From a bacterium (GTDB lineage: Bacteria; SAR324; XYD2-FULL-50-16): 64,000 nt of DNA. The stretch lies in the NCBI GenBank assembly GCA_032250835.1, contig JAVVEA010000011.1, positions 18,211 to 82,210 of the forward strand, written 5' to 3'. The notes under the pieces were generated by a model. The model saw nothing but the letters and a program-made list of their open reading frames with translations, was not told the DNA's origin and searched no databases. Numbering within the stretch: the first letter of the stretch is position 1; every line of letters starts with the position of its first letter. Of this stretch, positions 52,628 to 61,377 are shown in pieces. The position numbers were made by a program, and so were the translations under genes.

Positions 52628-53745
52628 ACAAGAAAACTGAGAACAGCGGCCTAGTTTTAGACGGCACCAAGCTAGAATGGCATTTGGACCGCGTCCGCGC
52701 CTGGGAGCGCGGCGAACGGGTAGCGCCGATCACCATCGACATGTCCCTGACCCGGGCCTGTAACTTCGCTTGCGGCTTCTGTTACGCCATGTTGCAGGAA
52801 AACGACCGCCAGCGGATCGACTCAAAGGTGATCCGGGAGTTTTTAGAAGACTGCGCCGAGATCGGCGTTAAGGGCATCAGCCTAGTTTCTGACGGCGAGA
52901 GCACCATCAGCCCGGTCTTTATGGAGACCGTCAAGTACGGTAACGAGCTGGGCTTGAGCATGGCCGTGGGTACTAACGGCTACGTCTTCACCCGCCGCAA
53001 GCTGGAAGAACTTCTGCCCCACCTGACTTATCTGCGGGTTAACATCTCCGCTGGTGAGCGGGACCGCTACGCCGAGATCATGGGTGTTAAGCCCGAATGG
53101 TTCGACCGGGTGGCCCAGAACATCAAAGACATGGCCGAAATCAAGAAGCAGCGGGACCTAGACGTGACCATCGGGTTGCAGATGGTGCTGATGCCCGAGT
53201 ATGAAGACCAAATCATCCCCTTGGCCCAATTAGGTAAGGACCTGCGCCCCGATTATCTAGTGATCAAGCACTGCTCGGACAACGAAGAAGGCGATTTGGG
53301 CGTGAACTACGGTGGCTACAAGGCCATGTACGACAAGCTGCATCAGGCTGAGGCCATGAGCGACGAAGAGTACAAGGTAGTGGTCAAATGGAGTAAAATC
53401 CAAGACGAAGGCAAGCGGAGCTACCAGCGCTGCTACGGCCCTCCGTTCATGATCCAAATGTCTGGCTCAGGTTTAGTGGCTCCTTGCGGGATGCTCTTTA
53501 ACGAGAAGTACAAGAAGTTCCATATCGGCAACATCTGTGAAACCCGCTTCAAGGACATCTTCAACAGCGACCGCTATTGGGAGGTGATGAACCATTTGGC
53601 GAGCCCGCACTTCAACGCCCAGAAGATGTGCGGCACCCTGTGCCTGCAACATAAAGTGAACGAGGTCTTAGACGAGGCCCGCAAGGGCCACCGCGAACTG
53701 CGCGAGCCCGACGGTTTCCCGCCCCAGCACCTCAACTTCATTTAA
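52624..53745 (+). CDS. Radical SAM enzyme with a Twitch/SPASM-type auxiliary cluster motif (paralog 2)
   Basis: CNFACGFC, SDGEST, C-x17-C...GNI...CGTLC. Confidence 0.9.
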   Translation: MNKKTENSGLVLDGTKLEWHLDRVRAWERGERVAPITIDMSLTRACNFACGFCYAMLQENDRQRIDSKVIREFLEDCAEIGVKGISLVSDGESTISPVFMETVKYGNELGLSMAVGTNGYVFTRRKLEELLPHLTYLRVNISAGERDRYAEIMGVKPEWFDRVAQNIKDMAEIKKQRDLDVTIGLQMVLMPEYEDQIIPLAQLGKDLRPDYLVIKHCSDNEEGDLGVNYGGYKAMYDKLHQAEAMSDEEYKVVVKWSKIQDEGKRSYQRCYGPPFMIQMSGSGLVAPCGMLFNEKYKKFHIGNICETRFKDIFNSDRYWEVMNHLASPHFNAQKMCGTLCLQHKVNEVLDEARKGHRELREPDGFPPQHLNFI

Positions 53746-53750
53746 CTCTC

Positions 53751-53776
53751 AAGGCCCGTGCAAGCGGGCCTTTTTG
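53751..53776 (+). terminator. Rho-independent terminator closing the ~17-kb operon
   Basis: AAGGCCCG-tgcaag-CGGGCCTT followed by TTTG. Confidence 0.8.
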
Positions 53777-53786
53777 TTTGCGCAAT

Positions 53787-54287
53787 ATGACTCTTCCCAG
53801 CAGCCCCCAGGGGCATGTCCAGCCGGGCCAACGTGAAGCTGCGTTGGCGATTATCCGCAACCCGCAGGGTCAATTCCTTTGGCAGCTGCGCGATGAAGGA
53901 ATTGCGGAGTATCCCGGCCTCTGGGGCCTCTTTGGCGGCGGCGTCGAGCCCGGCGAAGCGCCCAACAAAGCGATCATGCGCGAGTTAAAAGAAGAATTGG
54001 GGCTAGAGCCAACGATCCTTTGGGACCTAGGCGACTTCACCCATCCCCGCTGGTACCTGCATCTTTTTTTAGTGGAAATGCCCATTGATTTTGGGCAATT
54101 GGAGCTAAAAGAAGGCCAGGACTGGGGACTCTTTAGCGACGAAGACTTCAACCAAGGGCAGCTTTACTCGCACAGGTTGGGAGCACCCCGAGGGATTTGC
54201 CCCCCGTTAGCCGAACTTTACGAGGTTTTGCGCGAAAACCAATTCCTGCGCTTGCCACCCACACCGGTCCAACTCAGCCGGACTTGA
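53787..54287 (+). CDS. Nudix hydrolase
   Basis: Nudix box GGGVEPGEAPNKAIMRELKEELG. Confidence 0.88.
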   Translation: MTLPSSPQGHVQPGQREAALAIIRNPQGQFLWQLRDEGIAEYPGLWGLFGGGVEPGEAPNKAIMRELKEELGLEPTILWDLGDFTHPRWYLHLFLVEMPIDFGQLELKEGQDWGLFSDEDFNQGQLYSHRLGAPRGICPPLAELYEVLRENQFLRLPPTPVQLSRT

Positions 54288-54684
54288 ACTTGCCCCGAAA
54301 GACCCAAGCCAACACCAATCCGCCAAACCCTTGCTCTGCCGAGTACCAAACGGCGTTTTTAAATACGTAGCCTATCGATTCCCCGTGAGCCCCAGCCATG
54401 GCTAACTCATGGGGGAAGACCCAGAGTAGTCCAGCCAAAACCCCAAAGGCAAGCCCTTCAAGCCAACTCCCGCTGCGCCGCCAACGACCATACAACAGAG
54501 ACATCAAACCAGCCAGCAGCAAGTAGGCAACAAAGATCAACGCCGTGCCTTCATGGTCGGCATGTTTTTCGGTTCGGTAAAACTCAGCTAAGATCACCTC
54601 ATGCCAAAGGCCAGCCAGCACCCACATGAATATACCGCTGGCCAAGGTTCCCAGCCAGAATTTTCCTTTACCCCGGAGTTCCAT
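54274..54684 (-). CDS. Small four-helix membrane protein of unknown function
   Basis: Four hydrophobic segments; likely ATG at 54684 (ORF track start 54735). Confidence 0.7.
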   Translation of the reverse strand: MELRGKGKFWLGTLASGIFMWVLAGLWHEVILAEFYRTEKHADHEGTALIFVAYLLLAGLMSLLYGRWRRSGSWLEGLAFGVLAGLLWVFPHELAMAGAHGESIGYVFKNAVWYSAEQGFGGLVLAWVFRGKFKSG

Positions 54685-55957
54685 AGAGCCTAATCTCCTG
54701 TTGTTTGCCTTTGACGGCGTAGCTTCCGAGCACATCCAAATCTTTTTGGGTCGGCGGCAACAAACGGCGGTACAGCGCTTCGCTCATTAAAATGGGACGC
54801 TTCAGCTCTTTGGTGAGGCCCTCTAGGCGGCTAGCCAGGTTGACGGCATCACCGATCAAGGTAAATTCACGGCGCTGCTCACTTCCCAAAGGCCCTTGCA
54901 ATACCTCCCCAAAATGCAGACCAATCCCGTTATCTAGAGGCTCTAAGCCCTCGATGGCCCAGCGGGCGTTTAGTTCAGATAAAGCACTCCGCATGGATAA
55001 AGCCGCTTGGTAGGCTGACTGACAAGGGTTCTCCAACTCTAAAAGCCCGCCAAAATTAGCCATCACCGCGTCGCCGATAAACTTGTCCACCACGCCACCG
55101 TGGGCAGTGATAACCCGGACCATGGCATCAAAATATTGGTTCAACCGGCCCACCACCTCGGCGGGGCTTTTGCCCTCGCAAAAACTGGTGAAGCCCCGGA
55201 TATCGGAAAATAACAAGGCCACTTCCTTGGCCTCGCCAACAACGCCCTGTTTTTGCTCCACCAAATATTGGGCCACCTCATCGGAGACAAACTGCCCAAA
55301 AAGGCGGCCCACCCGAGCCCGTTCTTCTTCCTCTTCCTGGATACCCACCATCTGTTTGAGTGCAAAATCAGAAAGCAAACCGACAGCAATGCCGGTGAAC
55401 AGAAGCATAAAGGCCTTAAAAAAGTGGTTGGCCAAGGAGGTTAAGTCTTGCTGCATCAAGGGGTCTGGTGCCTCAATCTGCGCCACAAGATCTCGGCTCA
55501 ACCAAATCACGATTCCATATTGAGCTGAAGCCCAAAGCCCGCCGAAAATCGAGACCCCTCGATTAAAGGTTGCGCCGTTCATGACCAGCAAAAAGAAATA
55601 CAGATAGGTAGGCGGGCCCGTGAGGTAGGTGGCTACGCCTGCAGGCAACCGAAAATAAGCGATCAGATAAATGATCATCGGCAAAGAAAGGTTGACCCCA
55701 GCCACCAAATAAGCCGCAGCTAGACCCTTGACCCATTGTCGCTTGGCGATTTCATACAAGCCAAATACCACCACCGAGCAGATACCCGCCCAAAGCGTGG
55801 GCACATCTAAATTGGCGGGAATCCCGGCGGCAGTTAAAGCCAAGAGCCCAATTACGCTTAAAATGGCCATCAAAAACCCGGTCCGCGTTGCCGCAACCAT
55901 CATCCGGTTAGTTTCCCGGTCAAGCCGCTCGCGCAGCCTCAATTCGGTGGGGGTCAT
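54668..55957 (-). CDS. Membrane-anchored class III adenylate cyclase
   Basis: N-terminal TM bundle; LFSDIRGFT, VDKFIGDAVMA, TLIGDAVNLASRLEG. Confidence 0.9.
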   Translation of the reverse strand: MTPTELRLRERLDRETNRMMVAATRTGFLMAILSVIGLLALTAAGIPANLDVPTLWAGICSVVVFGLYEIAKRQWVKGLAAAYLVAGVNLSLPMIIYLIAYFRLPAGVATYLTGPPTYLYFFLLVMNGATFNRGVSIFGGLWASAQYGIVIWLSRDLVAQIEAPDPLMQQDLTSLANHFFKAFMLLFTGIAVGLLSDFALKQMVGIQEEEEERARVGRLFGQFVSDEVAQYLVEQKQGVVGEAKEVALLFSDIRGFTSFCEGKSPAEVVGRLNQYFDAMVRVITAHGGVVDKFIGDAVMANFGGLLELENPCQSAYQAALSMRSALSELNARWAIEGLEPLDNGIGLHFGEVLQGPLGSEQRREFTLIGDAVNLASRLEGLTKELKRPILMSEALYRRLLPPTQKDLDVLGSYAVKGKQQEIRLYGTPG

Positions 55958-56397
55958 TGATTGAACTCTTCTGAAGCAGCAGGTTCAATGGGTACGGAAC
56001 CCTCAAGTACCCAGGATTGGGCCACAAGGTCGTGTAGGGTTTGGCGATTTTCGGTGAATACTGCCATCAAGTAACCCAAGCCCAGCAAAAAACCGGATAA
56101 AATTTTGGCAACATAACGGATAGTTGAGCCCTTAAGACCCAAAGGGGCCCCATGTTGATCACTGACCCGGATGCCCAGAGCCAACTTACCCAAGGTGGCT
56201 TGGTATTTAGAAGCAACCATCCCCACTTCGTAAACCATAGGCACTAACAGAGCCCAAAGAGCGTCGCTGATCCCGGCGACCGGGTCTCCGCTAACCAGGG
56301 CCCCGACCAGCACTAAGAGGATCATGATCACGTCCACCGCCACCCAGTCGATAACCAAGGCTACCGCACGTTTTCCCAGTGTTGCATATTGGGGCAT
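55954..56397 (-). CDS. RDD family membrane protein
   Basis: GKRAVALVID, ATLGK, RQTLHDLVA. Confidence 0.85.
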   Translation of the reverse strand: MPQYATLGKRAVALVIDWVAVDVIMILLVLVGALVSGDPVAGISDALWALLVPMVYEVGMVASKYQATLGKLALGIRVSDQHGAPLGLKGSTIRYVAKILSGFLLGLGYLMAVFTENRQTLHDLVAQSWVLEGSVPIEPAASEEFNQ

Positions 56398-56485
56398 TGA
56401 ACCTCTGTGTTTGGTTTCTTATAAACTAACAGAGCCCGACTGGCCGGACAAGCCCCATAGCCCCGACCGCTAGACCCCGGGTACA

Positions 56486-56514
56486 TTGACGTCCAGTTAG
56501 GGGTTTGATATGGT
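56486..56514 (+). promoter_or_regulatory. Putative promoter of the glycosyltransferase/ABC exporter unit
   Basis: TTGACG (56486-56491), 17-bp spacer, extended -10 TGaTATGGT. Confidence 0.55.
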
Positions 56515-56704
56515 CGCAGGATAGTCAGGCGGAATATGGGTCGCTCACCCTCTAAGATTTGGGCTGTTTATAGATCCTTTGGTGAGCTTTGGTGCCCTAG
56601 TGCAATATTCCTTCTTAGGACTTCAACGATTCGTCGGAAACCCGCGAAACTTGGGCTTTAGGCTCGACATCACGTCTTTGCTTGGATAGTTTGAGCCTTT
56701 CCCT

Positions 56705-57979
56705 TTGATGGCCCCCATGTACCTGATCCGACGACTTCGCTCCTTCTTTTCCAAGCCCTTCGCGCGGCAGGTAAAGATCCTGTTTTGGGTAGCCAAGACC
56801 TTGAGTCTATGGCTATTGCAAAGGAGTTTGGGCAGCCTTTTGGGTATAGGGCTCTTGGGCTTTTTGGTTTTGCTCACCCCCTTCAAGCGGGTGCGCCTTT
56901 CTTCGGTTCATGTCACCCGGATCGGGCATTTGGCGCTCAACCTAGACCTATTCGCCCGCCGCCAACAGCAACACCCCAGCATCCCGCAAGGCGCTTGGCA
57001 CCTGATGATTGCCGACGATGCCCGACCAGCGAACCGCGAATTGCTTCGCCTTTGGCAGCGACACCTGAACCTGAGCGAAAACCCACTGGCCCGGTGGGTG
57101 ATGTTGCTTTGTGAATGGCTCTTAAAAAAGACCCCCTATTACATCCCCCTCCCCATGAACTCGGTGGAATACCATGAGTTCAACGAACTGGAACCCATTC
57201 TTGGGTTCAGTGCCGAAGAGGAAGCAAGAGGCCAAGAAAAGCTTCGGCAAATGGGAATCGGCCCTGAAGACTGGTTTGTCTGCGTCTTTGCTCGGGATTC
57301 GGGTTATTTAGAGCGCCTATTACCCAGCGCCGATTGGAGCTGCCATATCTGCCGGAATTCTAAGATCGAAAGCTTCCGGCCTTTGATCCAATGGTTGATC
57401 GATCAGGGAGCTTATGTGGTGCGGATGGGCACCGAGGTGACCCAACCCTTTGCCTTCGACAACCCCCATTACATTGATTACTCGGCCCAGCACCGAGACG
57501 AGTTCATGGACCTCTACCTTTGCGCTAAGGCCCGAGCCTTTGTGGGTGGGGCCTCGGGTATGGCAGACGTGACCAATCTGTTTAATACCCCGCGATTGCA
57601 ACTGGATTGCGTCCCCTTTGGGTTCGTCCCCTTCGGAAAACAGCAAATGTCTCTACCCAAGCGGGTGGTAAGGATCGGGACCACCGAAGCGGTGCCCTAT
57701 AGCGAACTGATTGCCAAAGGCTTGGACCTACAAGCCAACGGAACCTTGTTCAATCAAGCAGGCTACGACTACATCGACAACAGCCCGGCCGAAATGTTAG
57801 CGGCGACCCAGGAGTTGATGCGGATGGTTACTCTTCCCCAGCCCTTTAATGCTGAGGAGTTGCAGTTGATAGAAGCCGTGCGGCTGCTCTTCCCTCCAGG
57901 GCACCCCACCCGCGAAAACCTAAACCCCGTCTCTCCTAGTTTCATCAAAGCCAACCGACACCTGTTCGGGCTGGACTAG
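56705..57979 (+). CDS. Putative glycosyltransferase, TIGR04372-like
   Basis: TRIGHLALN, RDSGY, RNSKI, VVRMG, DLYLCAKARAFVGGASG, DNSPAEM. Confidence 0.7.
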   Translation: MMAPMYLIRRLRSFFSKPFARQVKILFWVAKTLSLWLLQRSLGSLLGIGLLGFLVLLTPFKRVRLSSVHVTRIGHLALNLDLFARRQQQHPSIPQGAWHLMIADDARPANRELLRLWQRHLNLSENPLARWVMLLCEWLLKKTPYYIPLPMNSVEYHEFNELEPILGFSAEEEARGQEKLRQMGIGPEDWFVCVFARDSGYLERLLPSADWSCHICRNSKIESFRPLIQWLIDQGAYVVRMGTEVTQPFAFDNPHYIDYSAQHRDEFMDLYLCAKARAFVGGASGMADVTNLFNTPRLQLDCVPFGFVPFGKQQMSLPKRVVRIGTTEAVPYSELIAKGLDLQANGTLFNQAGYDYIDNSPAEMLAATQELMRMVTLPQPFNAEELQLIEAVRLLFPPGHPTRENLNPVSPSFIKANRHLFGLD

Positions 57980-58037
57980 ACACAGCAGGACCGAGCGGGA
58001 TACAAAGAAGTTCTTTAACTGCGCTACCTTAAGGATC

Positions 58038-58424
58038 ATGGAACTAACCGGCAGCTGCCATTGCCATCGGGTCCGCTACCGCGCCCGGCCCAACGCATTG
58101 AAGCTGATCGAATGCAACTGTTCAATCTGCACCAAGCGCGGAGCCCTGCACTTGCGGCTTGCCCCTGAGCAAGTGGACTTCGAAGGAACCGAACACTTGA
58201 GTCTCTACCAATTTGGCACCCTGACAGCCGGGCATTTTTTCTGTTCAAACTGCGGGATTCCGGTCTATTCCAATCCCCGAGTCGCCCCCAGCCAGATAAG
58301 CCTGAACGCCCGCACCTTAGACGATTTCCACCAGATTGAGTGGGAACGAGTCGCCTTTGACGGACAACATTGGGAGGCTGCGGCCGCCCAACTAAAAAGC
58401 CCCCCAACTCCTAAGGAGCCTTGA
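58038..58424 (+). CDS. GFA/CENP-V family zinc-binding protein
   Basis: GSCHC, CNCSIC, FCSNCG. Confidence 0.88.
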   Translation: MELTGSCHCHRVRYRARPNALKLIECNCSICTKRGALHLRLAPEQVDFEGTEHLSLYQFGTLTAGHFFCSNCGIPVYSNPRVAPSQISLNARTLDDFHQIEWERVAFDGQHWEAAAAQLKSPPTPKEP

Positions 58425-60175
58425 TGTTCGAGGCCTACCGCAAGCTGCGCAGTCTTTTGGGACCTAAAGAAAGACGCGGGTTTTACATCATTTTGGTTGG
58501 TGTGTTGATCAACGCGGTCTTAGAGACCGTCGGGGTTGGCGTGATTCTACCCTTCATCTCGATTGTGGACGAACCCGCCAAGCTGGCCGACTATCCCTTT
58601 ATTGTCGGGGTTTTAGACTTCTTAGGGGCCCATACGGATCGCAACCGCATCTTAACCATCGGCGGGGCTATCTTGGGCCTAATGATCTTTAAAAACGGGT
58701 TCTTTTACCTCTTCACCCGTTTTCAGTTAAGTTACATCTACAACAATTCGGTGGTCTATTCGATCAAGCTCTTAGACAGCTATCTGGAGGCGGACTACCT
58801 CTTCCATTTACAGACCAACTCGGCGGTGTTGATGCGCAACCTAAAGCAGGAAGTACCGCTGCTCTTTTCAAGGGTGCTCTTGCCCCTAAGCGCTATGATC
58901 ACCGAGTTGACCATCGCCTTCTTTATCTCGCTGCTACTGATTTACACCGCCCCCGTCGCCACCATCACCGGAGCTGTGCTGATTGGGGGGATTGCGGTGG
59001 TCTTTTACCGGGCGATCCGCAAAAAGGCCCGTATCTACGGTCAGGCCCGCTTGGAACACGAAGCGGAAACCTACAAATGGCTCAACCAAAGCCTCAACGG
59101 GATCAAAGAGGCCAAGCTCTTTGGGGCCCGTAAGTTCTTGGTCAACCAAACCGAATCCCATTACCAGCAACTGGCCAAGATCATTGTTTATGAATACCTC
59201 ACCGGGCAGATGCCGCGAATCTTTTTAGAAGTCTTGATGGCTGGTGGGTTGATTTTGGTGGTGATCCTCTTGACCCTACAAGGTATGCCCTCAGGCGAAA
59301 TCTTGCCGACCTTAGCGCTCTTTGGCGCAGCGGCATTCCGTCTGATGCCGGCGGCGAACCGTTCTATGGGTAACCTCTTGACCCTTAAACTCGCCGGGCC
59401 TTCGCTGGACAACGTCTACAATAGCTTCGAAGAACTTAAATCCGTCCAGATCGATCAAGCAACCTTGGAGGCCGAGCATCGCCCGCTGGCTTATGAACAA
59501 CAAATTGAGATCGACCAAGTCAGCTTCTATTTCCCCGGTGCCGAGGCCCCAGCACTGGATCAGCTAAGCTTTAAGATCCCTAAAAATCAGTCGGTGGGGA
59601 TCATGGGGCCTTCGGGCTCCGGTAAGTCCACCTTTTTGAACCTCCTGTTGGGCCTCTTGCTGCCTAGCCAAGGATGCATCCGCGCCGATGGCGTGGATGT
59701 GGGGCAGAACTTGAAGGCTTGGCGGCAGATGATCGGTTTTGTGCCCCAGGAAATTTATCTTACCGACGACGTGATTGCCCGGAACGTGGCTTACGGTTTG
59801 CCGGACGAAGAAATTGACCGGGACCGGGTTTGGGAGGCTTTAGAGATGGCCCAGCTAAAGGAATTGGTCACCTCAATGCCCGAAGGGCTCGACAGTTACG
59901 TAGGCGAACGGGGCGTGCGGCTCTCGGGCGGGCAACGCCAGCGCATCGGCATCGCTCGTGCGCTCTACCACAACCCTGAAATCTTAGTCTTCGACGAGGC
60001 AACCAGCGCCTTAGACACCGAAACCGAAAAAGAGATCACCAAGAGCATCGAGGCCTTGGCCCACAAAAAGACCATCATCATCGTCGCCCACCGGCTCTCG
60101 ACCATCGAGAATTGCGATGTGGTATACCGTCTGGATCACGGGCGTTTAAAGACCCATGACCTTAAAGGAAACTGA
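58424..60175 (+). CDS. ABC exporter, fused permease/ATPase (MsbA/PglK-like glycolipid flippase candidate)
   Basis: Six-TM N-terminus; GPSGSGKST, VPQ, LSGGQRQRIGIARALY, FDEATSALD; lies in a glycan locus. Confidence 0.85.
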   Translation: MFEAYRKLRSLLGPKERRGFYIILVGVLINAVLETVGVGVILPFISIVDEPAKLADYPFIVGVLDFLGAHTDRNRILTIGGAILGLMIFKNGFFYLFTRFQLSYIYNNSVVYSIKLLDSYLEADYLFHLQTNSAVLMRNLKQEVPLLFSRVLLPLSAMITELTIAFFISLLLIYTAPVATITGAVLIGGIAVVFYRAIRKKARIYGQARLEHEAETYKWLNQSLNGIKEAKLFGARKFLVNQTESHYQQLAKIIVYEYLTGQMPRIFLEVLMAGGLILVVILLTLQGMPSGEILPTLALFGAAAFRLMPAANRSMGNLLTLKLAGPSLDNVYNSFEELKSVQIDQATLEAEHRPLAYEQQIEIDQVSFYFPGAEAPALDQLSFKIPKNQSVGIMGPSGSGKSTFLNLLLGLLLPSQGCIRADGVDVGQNLKAWRQMIGFVPQEIYLTDDVIARNVAYGLPDEEIDRDRVWEALEMAQLKELVTSMPEGLDSYVGERGVRLSGGQRQRIGIARALYHNPEILVFDEATSALDTETEKEITKSIEALAHKKTIIIVAHRLSTIENCDVVYRLDHGRLKTHDLKGN

Positions 60176-60177
60176 CG

Positions 60178-61377
60178 ATGGCCCAGCGCCTAGTTTTTCT
60201 CTTCACTAACGAACTCAACGGTGATGACCCCGAAAAATACGGCATCGGGCCTTTGTCTCGGATGGGCTTTGAGGTGGAGGTTTGGATTTTGTACCCTCTG
60301 CTGCGGCGCAAACCCCATGGCAACCAGAAACGGGGCACTTGGCGTTTATTCGAACAATGGGGGGACCTGAAAAAGGCGCTGGATGGACTTGATCCACAAA
60401 ACTGCTTGCTCGTCGATTTTTTTATGGGCCTTTCGGCCCTTTCCTACCCCAGCGAACGATTTTATCGGTGGATCAAAAAGCGGGGCCTCCGTTATGTAGT
60501 GCCCGCTATGGCCGCGCTGCCCATTGGCCCCAAACAGGAGGAAAACCAGCCTGTTGCAAAGCAACGCTCCATCGGGATTTTTGAGAAACTACGCGGACAA
60601 AGCTGGCGTCGGCTGCGCGACATGTTCAGCAGCCGCTTGATCTTCTGGCTGCGCCAGCACAGTGAGCTCTACCCCCTCCCCTTGCGCGTCTTTTCGTTGC
60701 GGAACGAGCTAACCCAATATTACCAAGCCCGCACGGGATTTCCCTCTGAGCTGATCCTGCCCTTCCACTCAATGGAATACGACCGGTTTTTGGCCTACAA
60801 AAAAGCCCACCCCCAAGGTGAGGCCCCCGACGGCACTTGTGTCTTTCTGGACGAAGCCTTTACCCACCACCCGGACTATGCGGTGGTCTACGGACATGAG
60901 CGTCCCGGCACCGAGGCTTATTTGGCAAAAATGATCCGGGTCTTTGAGCAGGTCGAGGCCCAGACGGGCTTGAGGGTGGTGGTCGCGGCCCACCCACGCA
61001 GCCGCTATGATGAGTTGGGCGATGCCTTCGGCGGGCGGGAGGTCATCCAAGGTAAAACCCAAGAACTGGTGGCCCGCTCCAGTTTAGTGCTGGCCCACGT
61101 CTCCACCAGCGTCAGCTTTGCCGCACTCTTCGACAAGCCGCTAGTTTTTTTCTGGGTCGAAGGGGCGGTGCCGCTGACCCGTTATTTGTACCAGCATTTA
61201 AACACCGAACTGGTGGATCTTGAGCAGCCAGGGCAGTTGGAGGCCTTTGACTTTAAATCTTTCTTAACGCGCCCCCGAAATTATCAGGACTATATAAATA
61301 AATACCTAAAGAGCGATTTAGCTCCGCCCGACTTAAGTTGCTGGGAATTAGTCGGCCCGGTCTTAAAAGAACTTTAA
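60178..61377 (+). CDS. Hypothetical GT-B-like protein, candidate nonulosonate transferase
   Basis: VFLDE..HHPD, VAAHPRS, STSVSFAALFDKP; located in a Leg-type locus. Confidence 0.5.
   Translation: MAQRLVFLFTNELNGDDPEKYGIGPLSRMGFEVEVWILYPLLRRKPHGNQKRGTWRLFEQWGDLKKALDGLDPQNCLLVDFFMGLSALSYPSERFYRWIKKRGLRYVVPAMAALPIGPKQEENQPVAKQRSIGIFEKLRGQSWRRLRDMFSSRLIFWLRQHSELYPLPLRVFSLRNELTQYYQARTGFPSELILPFHSMEYDRFLAYKKAHPQGEAPDGTCVFLDEAFTHHPDYAVVYGHERPGTEAYLAKMIRVFEQVEAQTGLRVVVAAHPRSRYDELGDAFGGREVIQGKTQELVARSSLVLAHVSTSVSFAALFDKPLVFFWVEGAVPLTRYLYQHLNTELVDLEQPGQLEAFDFKSFLTRPRNYQDYINKYLKSDLAPPDLSCWELVGPVLKEL

Noticed and set aside
56618-56626. GGACTTCAA, resembling the tRNA-Sec anticodon arm (of interest because selB is present)
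   Set aside because: The following bases (CGATT) do not close the anticodon stem, and there is no T-loop or acceptor stem.
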